The notes under the pieces were generated by a model. That model ran no database searches. It saw nothing but the letters and a program-made list of their open reading frames with translations, and had not been told where the DNA came from. This document shows, one piece after another, positions 24,630 through 39,008 of a DNA stretch of 64,000 bases. The position numbers and the translations under genes are program-made. Within the stretch, counting starts at the first letter, position 1. Every line of letters begins with the position of its first letter. Source of the stretch: Squalus acanthias (taxonomy: Eukaryota); the NCBI GenBank assembly GCA_030390025.1, contig CM059431.1, positions 157,606,001-157,670,000 of the forward strand, given 5' to 3'.

Positions 24630-27600
24630 TAAGAACATAACATAAGAAATAGGAGCAGGAGTGGGCCATTCGGCCCTTCGAGCCTGCTCCACCGTTCAAT
24701 GAGATCATGGCTGATCTTCTGCCTCAACTACATTCACCGGCCCTATCACCATATCCCTTGATGCCTTTACTTGTCAGAAATCTATTGACTTCTGTTTTGA
24801 ATATACCCAATGACTGAGCCTCCACAGCCCTCTGGGGTAGAGAATTCCAAAGATTCACCACCCTCCTTGTGAAGAAATGTCTTCTCATCTCCGTCTTGAA
24901 TGGCCTACCCTTTATCCTGAGTCTGTGGCCCCTGGTTCTAGACTCCCCAGCCAAGGGAAACATTCTCCCAGCATCCACCCTATCAAGCCCTGTAATAATT
25001 TTGTATGCTTCAATGAGATCCCCTTTCATTCTTCTGAATTCAAGAGAATACAGGCCTAGTTTACTCAATCGCTTCTCATACGACAGTCCCGCCATCCCAG
25101 GAATTAATCTCGTGAATCTTCGTTGCACTCCCTCTAAGGTAAGTATATCCTTCCTTGGGTAAGGAGACCAACATTGTACACAGTACTCCAGGTGTGGTCT
25201 CACCAAGGCCCTATATAATTGGAGTAAGGCTTCTTTACTCCTGTACTCAAACCCTCTTGTAATGAAGGCCAGCATACCATTTGCTTTCCTAATGGCTTGC
25301 TGCACCTGCACATTCACTTTCAGTGACTGATGTACAAGGACACCCAGGTCCCTTTTGAGCATCTGCATTCCCCAATCTTTCCCTATTTAGTAAATACTCT
25401 GCCTTTCTGTTTTTTCTACCAAAGTGGATAACTTTACATTTATCCACATTATAATTCATCTGCCATGTTCTCGGCCACTCACTGAGCCTGTCGAGATCCC
25501 CTTGAAGCCTCTTCATGTCCTCTTCACAACTGACACTGCCACCTACCTTAATATCAGCAATTTTGAAAATGTTACATTTAGTCCCCTCATCCAAATCATT
25601 GATACAGATTGTGAATAGCTGGGGCCCAAGCACCGATCCTTGCGGTACCCCACTAGTCACAGCCTGCCATCCTGAAAAAGACCCATTTATCCCTACTCTT
25701 TGTTTTCTGTCTCTTAACCAATTCTCAATCCATGCTAGTATATTACCCCCAATTCCATGTGCCCTAATTTTGTTCACCAGCGTCTTGTGTGGGACCTTAT
25801 CTAAGGCCTTCGGAAAATCCAAATACACCACATCTACCGGTTCCCCTTTGTCTAGTTACATCCTCAAAGAACTCCAATAGGTTTGTCAAACAAGATTTCA
25901 TTTTCATAAATCCATGTTGACTCTGCGCAATCTTACTATTCGTTTCTAAGTGCCCAGTTATTGCATCCTTTATAATAGATTCCAGCATTTTCCCAACTAA
26001 TGATGTGAGGATAACAGGTCTGTAATTCCCCGTTTTCTCTCTCCCTCCTTTCTTTAATAGCGGGGTTACATTTGCTATCCTGCAATCTGCAGGAACCGTT
26101 CCAGAAACTATAGAATTTTGGAAGATGACAACCAATGCATCCACTATCCCAATGGCCACCTCTTTCAAAACCCTGGGATGTAGGTCATCCGGACCTTAGG
26201 ATTTATTGACTTTTAGTCCCATTAATTTTGCGAGTACTGTTTTTTTTACTACTAATAATTTCTTTAAGTTCCTCATTCTCGCCATACCCTTGGATTTCTC
26301 GTATTTCTGGGGAGTTTTCTGTGTCTTCCTCGGTGAAGACAGAAACAAAGTATTTATTTAATTTCTCTGCCTTTTCCTCATTCCCCATTATAAATTCTCC
26401 CGTCTCTGACTGTAAAGGACCTACATTTACCTTCGCCAGTCTTTTCCTTTTCACATACATATCGAAGCTTTTCCAATCCGTTTTTATATTTTTCGCCAGT
26501 TTGTGCTCATATTCATTTTTCCCTTTCTTTATCAATTTCTTGATCCCCCCCCCCCCCCTTTGCTGATTTCTAAAAAGATCCCAATCCTCAGGCTGACTGC
26601 TTTTTCTGGCAACTTTATAAGCTTCCTCCTTTGACTTAATACTAGCTTTAATTTCTTTTGTTAGCCATGGTTGTATCACTTTTCCTTTTGGATTTTTATG
26701 CCCTAGAGGAATATATGTTTGTTGCAAATTATGCATTATTTCCTTGAATGTTCGCCAGTGTATGTCCACCTTCATACCTTTTAGTGTAGTCTCCCAATCT
26801 ACCATTGCCAACTTGTCCCTCATGCCCTTGTAGTTTCCTCTGTTTAGATTGAAGATCTTAGTTTCAGATTGGACTACATCACTCTGAATTTAACATTAAA
26901 TTTATCATATTATGGTCACTTGCCCCTAAAGGCCCCTTTACCACAAGATTATTGATTAGCCTTTTCTCATTACACAGTACCAGATCCAGAATAGCCTCTT
27001 CCCTGGTTGGTTCCTCCACATACTGATCCAGGAAACCATCTCGCATGCATTCCAAGAATCCGTCTTCCACACCATTAGTGGCAATTTGATTTGCCCAGTC
27101 AAAATGTAGATTAAAGTCCCCCATGATTACCGTATTGCCCTTGTTTACATGCACTTCTAGTTTCTTGATTGATACTGTGCCCTACATTACCACTACTGTT
27201 TGGTGCCCTATAGACAACTCCCACCAATTTTTCCGCCCTTTGCTGTTTCTTAGCTCCACCCAAACTGATTCCAGTTCTACATCACGATCTGCCGAGCCAA
27301 GATCTTTTATCTCTACCGTACCGATCTCATCCCTTAATAGCAGCGCTACGACACCTCCTTTTCCTTTTTGTCTGTCCTTCCTAAATGTTGAGTACCCTGG
27401 AACATTCAGTTCCCAGCTTTGGTTACCCTGCAACCATGTCTCTGTAATGGCAATTACATCCTACCCATTTACTTCTATTTGTGCCATTAATTCATCCACC
27501 TTGTTGTGAATGCTACGTGCATTTAGATAAAGGGCCTTCAACTTTGCCTGTTTAATATTTTTCTGCACTTTGACCCTCTTTACTGTTGGCTTTTGTTTCT

Positions 27601-29085
27601 GCTACCTATTCGTTTTGCTGACTACTTTTCAAACTTTCACTTCCAGCTTTGTTTCTCTCCGATCTGGGCCCACACTGAGGATCCCAGCCCCCTGACAAAC
27701 TAGTTTAAATCCTTCCCAACAACACTAGCAACCCCCCTGCGAGGATATTGGTCCCGGTTCTGCCGAGGTTTAACCCGTCCGGCTTGTACATGTCCCACCT
27801 TCCCCAGAATCGGTCCCAATGCCTCAGGAATTTAAATCCCTGCTTCCTACACCATCTCTCCAGCCACGCATTCATCTGGTCTATTCTCCTATTTCTGCTT
27901 TTGCTAGCACGTGGCACTGGGAGTAATCCTGAGATTACTACCTTTGTGGTCCTGCTTTTTACTTTAATTCCTACCTCCCTATATTCTGCTTGCAGAGCCT
28001 CATCCCTCTTTCTACCTGTGTCGTTGGCACCGATATGGACCACGACCTCTGGCTGTTCACCCTCCCCCTTCAGATTACCCTGCAGCTGCTCAGTGACATC
28101 CTTGACCCTGGCACCAGGGAGGCAACATACCATCCTGGAGTCACATCTGCGGCCACAGAAATGTCTATCTGTTCCCCTTATGATTGAATCCCATATCACT
28201 ATTGCTCTCCTACTCTTTTTCCTCCCCTCCTGTGCAGCTGAGCCACTTGTAGTGCCACGGACTTGGCTCTTGCTGCATTCCCCTGAGAAACCACCTCCCC
28301 CAGCAGTATCCAAAACGGAAAAACTGTTTGAGAGGGAGATGGACCCAGGGGACTCCTGCACTACCTTCCTAGTTCTTTTACGCTGTCTGGCGGTCAACCA
28401 TTCCCTTTCTCCCTGTGCACTCTTTACCTGCAGTGTGACCACCTCATTAAACGTGCTATCCACGTAGATCTCAGCCTCGCGGCTGCTCCACAGTGACTCC
28501 AGCCGCTGCTCCATATCCGAAATGCGGATTACGAGTAGCTGCAGCTGGAGACACTTCCTGCATACGTGTTCGCCCTGGACACCGAAAGTGTCTCTGACTT
28601 CCCACATAGCACAGGAGGAGCAGTCCATGCTACCGAGCTGCCCTGCCATGTCCTACCCTTAAAATACTTCCTTTAAATTAAAGAATATTAAATAAACTAG
28701 GGACATTACTTCACTTTAAACACTACTTACTCTAAACTAGAGACCTTACTTTTACTTTTACGACTGGACTATAGAAATACTCAGCAGGTCCTACTTACCA
28801 GTCAGCTCCTTCCCTGTTTGTGACGTCACTTTAGCGGTTTTGCAGTTGTTGTTGTAGTTTGACTGTGCCCGCTCTCGGATTCTTTCCTGGGTGTAAAGTA
28901 AGAACCAATTCCTACAGAGTGAAAAGTTAGGGAAAGCAAAGGTGAAGCAAGGGAGCTCCTCCTTCCACTCTTCACCCATCTAACTCACTCAACTCTCAGC
29001 ACTCTGTTCAAACCGCACTTAGTGCCGATCGCACTGCGAAGCCTGTTTTTATAGGCCTAATTTCCCTAATTAACTGCCTTCAGCT
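24630..29085 (-). mobile_element. Full-length CR1 LINE; ORF1 at 27705-28649, fragmented ORF2
   Basis: ORF1 has CxxC pairs and SGNH-esterase motifs (DSIIRG, VVHIGANDT). Endonuclease and RT fragments follow; 3' tail at 24630-24720. Confidence 0.92.
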
Positions 29086-29094
29086 GCTTTGAAT

Positions 29095-29402
29095 TATCCT
29101 CTGCCTTCTCCGGGGCTGCCGGCTCCTTTCAGCTCCGCTGTCCTCGGCCTCCCGCGCTCTTTATCCTCTGCCTTCTCCGGGGCTGCCGACTCCTTTCAGG
29201 TCCGCTGTCCCCGGCCTCCCGCACTCTTTATCCTCTGCCTTCTCCGGGGCTGCCGACTCCTTTCAGGTCCGCTGTCCCCGGCCTCCCGCGCTCTTTATCC
29301 TCTGCCTTCTCCGGGGCTGCCGACTCCTTTCAGGTCCGCTGTCCCCGGCCTCCCGCGCTCTTTATCCTCTGCCTTCTCTGGGGCTGCCAACTCCTTTCAG
29401 GT
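29095..29402. repeat. 67-bp GC-rich minisatellite, about 4.6 copies
   Basis: tatcc starts at 29095, 29162, 29229, 29296 and 29363. Confidence 0.95.
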
Positions 29403-29924
29403 CGATGGGTCAATTCTCCGGCCTGATACATCAACAGTGATTATTTCCATCATCGGCGTAATTTCTCAGTCAGTTTTCCAGCTGCGCTTCTCACTTCAGA
29501 TTTGTTCCTTTCCTACAAATGAAGTTCTGACTCGCTGCTCTTTTATTTCTAAGTAAATCACAAAGTATGACAGCAGGAAAAAATGTGAGAAACGAGTGTA
29601 TCATATTGTCAATCAGTAATCCGATGACATGTTGGACATTGAAGGAATGAGAAAGCTAATCAGATTACAACTGCTGCAGATTCTCAGTGATTCCTCGCTC
29701 CCCGAGAACTATAATTCATTCCATTTCTTTGCCATTAATGAGTGAATCAAGAAGCTTACAGAATATTTAGCCTCTGTTCAGAATGGATCATTACCCGGCT
29801 CAGTGACTGCTTCCTCTGCTCAAAACAACTGGGAGGTCCCATCACTGAACAGATCCTTTCCTTCTCATTCCCAGTGTTTATCTTTCACTCCACTCCTCAG
29901 TATATTCATTATTATTCTTTACAG

Positions 29925-30096
29925 AAAGTCACTGATCTCACGGCGAAGGGAAACCGGGCGGACAGTTCCAAACTTCTCCTAAATCTGGTGATGGAGAAAG
30001 GCTCTTGGGCCCGAAAAGTGATGTGGGAATCCTTTGTGTATATGCGCCATGGGGTGCCAAAGCTGGACAAAATACTGAAAGAAATGCAGGAACTTG
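29925..30096 (+). CDS. NLR exon 3 (KVTDLTAKGNRADSSKLLLNLVMEKGSWARKVMWESF...KEMQEL), second half of CARD-like domain
   Basis: tctttacag acceptor and G|gtacgg donor; phase 0 to 1; CARD-like LL.LV..KG..A...W pattern. Confidence 0.85.
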
Positions 30097-30201
30097 GTAC
30101 GGTAAACTCAGACACTGCATTCAATTTCACATTCAAACAAAGCATGATTTGCTGTAATAATACACAGATTTAATTTCATGAATGCTAATTGATTTAAACA
30201 G

Positions 30202-30267
30202 GTTCTGCTCCATTTGATTACATGGACATTGCACAAGGTTTATCCGAAGTACCCAGTCAGCTGAAAG
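30202..30267 (+). CDS. NLR exon 4, linker (GSAPFDYMDIAQGLSEVPSQLK)
   Basis: tttaaacag acceptor and AAG|gtaagt donor; 66 nt, phase 1-1, open. Confidence 0.8.
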
Positions 30268-30532
30268 GTAAGTGATGACAGAGATTTGAAAACATTTATT
30301 TCACATCTGAGAATCAGAATGATTGGCTGTAGCCGTTTGTTTAGAGGTTTCAGAATCTGGGAATCAGAAGTTCAAAGCCTGGAAATATAGGATGGGACGT
30401 CATTTAGATTTATCATCAATCCAAAGCTATTCTGTTCACATTCAAATTACAAGTCAGACCATTTCTGAAGTTTCCTGTAAATATGCGGACGTGGCATCAT
30501 TTCACTAAATCCATCTGCTGATCTCTATCAGT

Positions 30533-30852
30533 TGTGAAACCCCATACACACCTGGCAGGATCCTGATACACTCTGAAAGCCCATGCACACCTGACAGGAT
30601 CCTGATACACTGTGAAACCCCATGCACACCTGGCAGGATCCTGAAACACTGTGAAACCCCAAACACACTTGGCAGGATCCTGATACGCTGTGAAACCCCA
30701 TACACACCTGGCAGGATCCTGATACACTGTGAAACCCCAAACACACCTGGCAGGATCCTGATACGCACAAGGCAGGATCCTGATACACTGTGAAACCCCA
30801 TACACACCTGGCAGGATCCTGATACACTGTGAAACACCATATACACCTGGCG
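30533..30852. repeat. 39-bp minisatellite, about 8 copies
   Basis: Unit gtgaaaccccatacacacctggcaggatcctgatacact. Confidence 0.95.
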
Positions 30853-32011
30853 AGATCATTATACCGTGTGGAACAAATGCCTTTGTGCCTGATGTGGAAG
30901 TTGGCTCTGCCCCTGGGCTGCTATTCAGGACAAACTGTCGAAAACCTGGTGGAGAATTGGGAAAAAGTTAAGCATTACCATTGTACATCACGTCATGAAC
31001 GTCAGATAGTGTTCGATCTAATCTGAGCAGATGTTCAGAGTTTCACACAATCAAACATTAACTGAGGAGGAACATGAGGAAAAGGCCATGTTATGGGTGA
31101 TTTGAAATTGATTGGGCCGATTACCTCTGGCAGTAAAACAGACAAACTAGGAAAAGAGAATCTTGTACTGAAAGAACCATCATTTTATTCAGGGGGATTT
31201 TGAATCCCAATTTACTGATTAACAGAAACATATTTGTAATTTTCAAAACTACATTATAGGAAACTCGTGTCCAAATGAAACGATGGAGTTTAATAATTGT
31301 AACTGTTGAAATGAAATCTGTCTTTTCTTCCCTAAAATAATAGTGAAGTGGGCGGTAGTTCTATTTCTGATTCTGATCGGTTATCTGATGAGACTGTGAT
31401 CTAAAAATAATATAAATGTAAAATTACTGAAAGCTGATCGCATTTTCTGAAACACAACAGGAGGATGTTTAGTGGAGCAAAAGGCCACTTTGGTCCAAAC
31501 CAGTCTGTCCTGTTAGAGATGAACCCACCTGCCCCTCCTCTGTGTCTCCACAGAAACACAACCAATTGTCTCTTGTCCCCAATTAACCTGCCCCTTAGTG
31601 TCCTCCCTGGTAACTGGTCTCCCGCTCTATTACCCTTTGCTGACAAAGATTATCCTGATTTCCCTTCTTCATCCTGGCGTGTTAGTGTCAGTTTGCACTT
31701 AATTAATTGTGAATCTCATTCCGGCATTAATTTTGTGACTGCCGTTAGAAATTCTGATCCATTCCTGACACACACAATCATCTTATTTCTCCCTGCACCT
31801 TCACCATTTCAATAATATTCTTCCTGTGATTAGAAGTGCACACAATACCGGCCAGACAAACGGTGGAACTTCTGTCCTTTCACAGTCTGTCCCTCTCCCA
31901 GTGCCCACACTACCCCAGATAACCTGCCCAGGACCTGACACACTAACGGTGCAACTTCTGTCCATTCACAGACTGTCTCTCTCCCAGTTCCCACACTAAC
32001 CCAGATAACCT

Positions 32012-35000
32012 CCTGACAGCCCGCATGGCGGTGCTGGAGCTGCGGGTGGACTCACTCTGGAGCATGCACGATGCCGAGAACTCGGTGAATCGCTCATTTA
32101 GTGAGTTGTCCACACCGCAGGTAAAGGCTAGGACAGACAGTGAATGGGTGACCAAGAAGCAGGGCAATATCAGGAAGGTAGTGCAGGAGTCCCCTGTGGT
32201 CATCTCCCTCCAAAACAGGTATGCCGCTTTGGATACTGTTTGGGGAGATGGCCTACCAGGGGAAGGCACCAGCAGCCAGGTTCATGGCACCATGGCTGGC
32301 TCTGCTGCACAGCAGGGCGGGAAAAAGAGTGGTCGGGCTATAGTGATAGGGGACTCAATTGTAAGGGGAATAGACAGGAGTTTCTGTGGCCGCAACAGAG
32401 ATTCCAGGATGGTATTTTGCCTCCCTGGTGCAAGGGTCAAGGATGTCTCGGAGCGGCTGCAGAACATTCTGAAGAGGGAGGGTGAACAGCCAGCTGTCGT
32501 GGTGCATGTAGGTACCAACGATATAGGTAAAAGCAGGAAGAGGTCCTACAAGCAGAATTTAGGGAGCTAGGAGCTAAATTAAAAAGTAGGACCTCTAAGG
32601 TAGTAATCTCTGGATTGCTACCAGGGCCACGTGCTAATCAGAATAGAGAGAACAGGATAGTGAGATTGAATACGTGGCTTGAGCAGTGGTGCAGGAGGGA
32701 GGGATTCAAATTCCTGAGGCATTGGAACCAGTTCTGGGGGAAGTGGGACCTGTACAAAAGGGACGGTCTGCACTTGGGCAGGACTGGAACCGATGTCCTC
32801 GGGGTAATATTTGCTAAAGCAGTTCGGGAGGATTTAAACTAATATGGCAGGGGAATGGGAACCTATGTAGCGAAACGGGGAAGTAATATGCAGTCAGAAA
32901 CAAATGTTAGAAGGGTGAGAAACAATAGGGGAAGGCCGAGTAAACAAAGGCAAGAAACACAAAGGGCCATACTAAATCATAAGTCTAAAAGGACAAAGGA
33001 TGTTAATAAAACAAGCCTAAAGGCTCTGTGTCTTAATGCAAGGAGTATCCGTAATAAGGTGGATGAATTGACTTTGCAAATAGATGTTAACGGATACGAT
33101 GTGATTGGGATTACAGAGACGTGGCTCCAGAACAATCAAGGCTGGGAACTGAACATCCAGGGGTATTCAACGTTCAGAAAGGATAGAATAAAAGGAAAAG
33201 GGGGTGGGGTAGCATTGCTGGTTAAAGAGGAGATTAATGCAATAGCTAGGAAGGACATCAGCTTGGAGGATGTGGAATCAATATGGGTTGAGCTGCAGAA
33301 CACCAAAGGGCAGAAAACGTTAGTGGGAGTTGTGTACAGACCTCCAAACAGCAGTAGTGAGGTGGGGGAGGGTATGAAACAGGAAATCAGAGGTGCGTGC
33401 AAAAAAGGCACGGCAGTTATCATGGGTGACTTTAATATGCATATAGATTGGGCTACTCAAACTGGAAGCAATACGGTGGAGGAGGATTTCCTGGAGTGTT
33501 TAAGGGATGGTTTCCTAAACCAATATGTTGAGGAACCAACTCGAGGGGAGGCCATCCTGGACTGGGTGTTGTGTAATGAGGAAGGACTAATCAGCAATCT
33601 TGTGGTACGAGGCCCCCTGGGGAAGAGTGACCATAGTATGGTGGAGTTCTACATTAGGATGGAGAAGGAAACAGTTAAGTCAGAGACCATGGTCCAGAAC
33701 TTAAATAAGGGCAACTTTGAGGGTATGAGGCGTGAATTGGCGAGGTTAAATTGGCAAGCGATATTTAAGGGGCTATCAGTGGAAGGGCAATGGCAGACAT
33801 TTAGAGATCGCATGGATGAACTACAACAATTGTACATCCCGGTCTGGCGTAAAAATAAAAAAGGGAAGGTGGCTCAACCATGGCTAACAAGGGAAATCGA
33901 GGATAGTATTAAAACCAAGGAAGTTGCATACAAATTGGCCAGAAGTAGCAGCAAACCCGGGGACTGGGAGAACTTCAAAACTCAGCAGAGGAGGACGAAG
34001 GGTTTGATTAGGGCAGGGAAAATAAAATATGAAAGGAAGCTTGCAGAGAACATTAAAATGGACTGCAAAAGCTTCTATAAATATGTAAAAAGAAAGAGGT
34101 TAGTAAAAACAAACGTAGGTCCCCTGCAGTCGGAAACAGGGGAAGTCGTAATGTGGAACAAGGAAATGGCAGATCAATTGAACAAGTACTTTGGTTCGGT
34201 GTTTACTGTGGAGGACACACACAACCTGCCGGAAATAAAAGGGGTCAGAGGATCTGGTAAGAGGGAGGAGCTGAGGGAAATCCTTATTAGTCGGGAAAAG
34301 GTATTGGGGAAATTGATGGGACTGAAGGCTGAAAAATCCCCGGGGCCTGATGGTCTGCATCCCAGAGTACTTAAGGAGGTGGCCTTGGAAATAGTGGATG
34401 CATTGACGATCATTTTCCAACATTCCTTAGACTCTGGATCAGTTCCGATGGAGTGGAGGGTGGCCAATGTAACCCCTCTTTTTAAAAAAGGAGGTAGGGA
34501 GAAAGCAGGGAATTATAGACATCGGTGGTGGGTAAAATGATGGAATCAATTATTAAAGATGTCATAACAGACCATTTGGAAAGTGGCGACATGATCGGTC
34601 CAAGTCAGCATGGATTTGTGAAAGGGAAATCATGCTTGACAAATCTTCTGGAATTTTTTGAGGATGTTTCCAATAGGGTGGACAGGGGGTAACCAGTAGA
34701 TGTGGTGTATTTGGACTTTCAGAAGGCCTTCGACAAGGTCCCACACAAGAGATTGGTGAGCAAAGTTAAAGCACATGGGATTGGGGGTAATGTGTTGACG
34801 TGGATTGAGAACTGGTTGGCACACAGGAAACTAAGAGTAGTAGTAAATGGGTACTTTTCAGAATGGCAGGCAGTGACCAGCGGGGTACCGCAGGGTTCGG
34901 TGCTGGGACCCCAGCTGTTTACATTATATATTAATGATTTGGACGAAGGGATTAAATGTAATATAGAACATAGAACATTACAGCACAGTACAGGCCCTTC

Positions 35001-38000
35001 GGCCCTCGATGTTGTGCCGAGCATTGTCCGAGACCAAGATCAAGCTATCACACTCCCTATCACTCTGGTGTGCTCCATGTGCTTATCCAATAAACGCTTG
35101 AAAGTTCCTAAAGTGTCCGACTCCACTATCACAGCAGGCAGTCCATTCCACACCCCAACCACTCTCTGAGTAAAGAATCTACCTCGGACATCCCTTCTAT
35201 ATCTCCCCCCATGCACCTTATAGTTATGCCCCCTTGTAACAGCTGCCTCTACCCGAGGAAATAGTCTCTGAACATCCACTCTATCTATCCCCCTCATCAT
35301 CTTATAAACCTCTATTAAGTCGCCTCTCATCCTCCTCCTCTCTAAAGAGAAAAGCCCCAACTCCCTCAATCTTTCCTCATAAGACCTCCCCCCCAAACCA
35401 GGCAGCATCCTGGTAAATCTCCTTTGCACTCTTTCCAATGCTTCCACGTCCTTCCTATAGTGAGGTGACCAGAACTGCACACACTATTCCAAATGTGGTC
35501 TCACCAAGGTCCTGTACAGTTGCAGCATAACCTCACGGTTCTTAAACTCAAACCCTCTGTTAATAAACGCCAACACACCATAGGCCTTCTTTACTGCTCT
35601 ATCCACTTGAGTGGCAACCTTCAGAGATCTGTGGATATGAACCCCCAGATCCCTCTGCTCCTCCACGTTCCTCAGAACCCTGCCGTTGACCCTGTAATCC
35701 TTATTCAAATTTGCCCTACCAAAATGAATCACCTCGCACTTATCAGGGTTAAATTCCATCTGCCATTTTTCGGCCCAGCTCTGCATCCTATCAATGTCTC
35801 TTTGCAGCCTACAACTGCCCTCCACCTCATCCACTACTCCACCAATCTTGGTGTCATCAGCAAATTTACTGATCCACCCTTCAGTCCCCTCCTCCAAGTC
35901 ATTGATAAAAATCACAAACAGCAGAGGACCCAGCACCGACCCCTGTGGCACACCGCTGGTAACTGGTCTCCAGTCCGAAAATGTTCCATCCACCACCACC
36001 CTCTGCCTTCTATGAGATAGCCAGTTACTTATCCAATCGGCCAAATTTCCCTCTATCCCACAACTCCTTACTTTCTTCATGAGACGACCATGGGGAACCT
36101 TATCAAACGCCTTACTAAAATCCATGTATACGACATCAACTGCTCTACCTTCATCTACACACTTAGTTACCTCCTCAAAGAATTCAATCAAATTTGTTAG
36201 GCAAGACTTACCCTTCACGAATCCGTGTTGACTATCCCTGATTAAGTTGCCCCTTTCCAAATGGTCATAAATCCTATCCCTCAGGACCTTTTCCATTATC
36301 TTACCAACCACCGAAGTAAGACTAACCGGCCTATAATTACCAGGGTCATTCCTATTTCCTTTCTTGAAGAGAGGAACAACATTCGCCACTCTCCAGTCCT
36401 CTGGCACCATCCCCGTGGACAGTGAGGACCCAAAGATCAAAGCCAGAGGCTCTGCAATCTCCTCCCTTGCCTCCCAAAGAATCCTAGGATATATCCCATC
36501 TGGCCCAGGGGACTTATCGACCCTCAGGTTCTTCAAAATTGCTAAAAACATCTTCCCTCAGAACATCTACCACCTCCAGCCTATCCACCTTTATCACACT
36601 CTCATCCTCAAGAACATGGCCCCTCTCCTCGGTGAACACTGACGAAAAGTATTCATTCATCACCTCTCCTATCTCTTCTGACTCAATGCATAAGTTCCCA
36701 CTACTGTCCTTGACCGGCCCTACCCTCACCCTGGTCATTCTTTTATTTCTCACATAAGAGTAAAAAGCCTTGGGGTTTTTCTTGATCCGACCCGCCAAGG
36801 ACTTCTCATGCCCCCTCCTAGCTATCCTAAGCTCTTTTTTTAGCTCATTCCTTGCTACCTTGTACCCCTCAATCGACCCAACTGAACCTTGTTTTCTCAT
36901 CCTTACATACGCTTCCTTTTTCCTCTTGACTAGACATTCAACCTCTTTTGTGAACCATGGTTCTCTCACTCGGCCATTTCCTCCCTGCCTGACAGGGACA
37001 TACCTATCAAGGACACGCAGTAATTGCTCCATGAAAAAGCTCCACTTTTCGTTTGTGCCTTTCCCTGATAGTTTCTGTTCCCATCTTATACTCCCTAATT
37101 CTTGCCTAATCGCATCATCATTACCCCTCCCCCAATTATAAACCCTGCCCTGCCGTATGGCCCTATCCCTCTCCATTGCAATAGTGAAAGTTACCGAATT
37201 GTGGTCACTATCTCCAAAGTGCTCTCCCACATACAAATCAAACACTTGGCCCGGTTCATTACCCAGTACCAAATCCAACGTGGCCCCACCTCTTGTCGGC
37301 CTATCCACATATTGTGTCAGGAAACCCTCCTGCACACACTGTGCAAAAACTATCCCATCCGAACTGTTTGACCTATAAAGGTTCCAATCAATATTTGGAA
37401 AGTTGAAGTCACCCATGACAACTACTCTGTGACCTCCACACCTATTCATAATCTGCTTTGCAATTTCTTCCTCCACATCTTTATTACTATTTGGGGGCCT
37501 GTAGAAAACTCCTAACAACGTGACCGCTCCTTTCCTATTTCTAACTTCAGCCCATATTACCTCAGACGGCAGATTCCCCCTCGAACTGCCTTTCTGCCGC
37601 TGTTAAACTATCCTTGATTAACAATGCTACTCCTCCACCTTTCTTACCAACTTCCCTACTCTTACTGAAACATCTATACCCCGGAACTTCCAACAACCAT
37701 TCCTGTCCCTGTTCTAACCATGTCTCCGTAATGGCCACCACATCGTAGTCCCAAGTACCAATCCACGCTCCAAGTTCTCCTACCTTATTCCGGATGCTCC
37801 TTGCATTGAAGTAGACACAATTCAAGCCATCTTCCTGTCTGCCGGTACATTCCTGCGACCTTGATACCCTCCTCAGTACCTCCCTACACTCACCACTGGC
37901 TCGTGGACTACAGCCCTTTTTCCCATCCCCCCTGACAAATTAGTTTAAACCCCCCCGAAGAGCCGTAGCAAATTTCCCTCCCAGGATATTGGTGCTCCTC

Positions 38001-39008
38001 TGGTTCAGGTGCAAACCGTCCTGTTTGTACAGGTCCCACCTTCCCCAGAATATCTCCAAATTTGCGGATGACACTAAATTGGGAGGCAGTGTGAACAATA
38101 AGGAGGATGCTAGGAGGCTACAGAGTGACTTGGACAAGTTGGGTGAATGGGCAAATATATGGCAGATGATGTACAATGTGGATAAATGTGAGGTTATCCA
38201 CTTTGGTGGTAAAAATAGAGAGGCGGACTATTACCTGAATGGTGCCAGATTAGGGAAAGGGGAGGTGCAACGAGACCTGGGCGTTATGGTACATCAGTCA
38301 CTGAAGGTGGGAATGCAAGTGCAGCAGGCAGTCAAGAAAGCAAACGGAATGATGGCCTTCATAGTAAGGGGATTTGAGTACAGGAGTAGGGAGGTGATGC
38401 TGCAGTTGTACAGGGCCTTGGTGAGGCCACACCTGGAGTATTGTGCGCAGTTTTGGTCTCCTAACTTAAGGAAGGACATTCTTGCTATTGAGGGAGTGCA
38501 GCGAAGGTTCACTAGATTGATTCCTGGGATGGCCGGACTGACATATCAAAGATTGGGTCAACTGAACTTGTATCCTCTGGAGTTCAGAAGAATGAGGGGG
38601 GATCTCATAGAGACATTTAAAATCCTGACTGGTTTAGACAAATTGGATGCGGGCAGAATGTTCCCAATGTTAGGGAAAACTAGAACCAGGGGTCACAGTC
38701 TAAGGATTAAGGGGAAGCCATTTAAGACTGAGCTGAGGAGGAACTTCTTCACCCAGAGAGTGGTGAATCTATGGAATTCTCTTCCACAGAAGGTTGTTGA
38801 GGCCAGTTCACTAAATATATTCAAAAGGGAGTTAGATATAACACTCTCAACTAGGGGGATCAAGGGGTATGGCGAGAAAGCAGGAATGGGGTACTGATGT
38901 AGCATGTTCAGCCATGAACGCATTGAATGGCGGTGCAGGCTCGATGGACCGAATGGTCTACTGCTGTACCTATTTTCTATGTTTCTATGTTCTATGTTTC
39001 TATGTTTC
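32012..39008 (+). mobile_element. CR1 LINE (outer), 5'-truncated, interrupted at 34964/38049
   Basis: ORF1 SGNH region and 561-aa ORF2 N-terminal half; RT resumes at 38049; (tctatgtt)n tail; TSD TAACCT. Confidence 0.92.
34965..38048 (-). mobile_element. CR1 LINE (inner, different subfamily) nested in the outer copy
   Basis: ORFs 37562-37825, 36514-37518, 35484-36551 and 35040-35480; TSD AATAT at 34960-34964 and 38049-38053. Confidence 0.92.

Noticed and set aside
27705..28649. SGNH esterase ORF as a captured host enzyme
   Set aside because: Esterase-containing ORF1 is a known feature of vertebrate CR1 LINEs.
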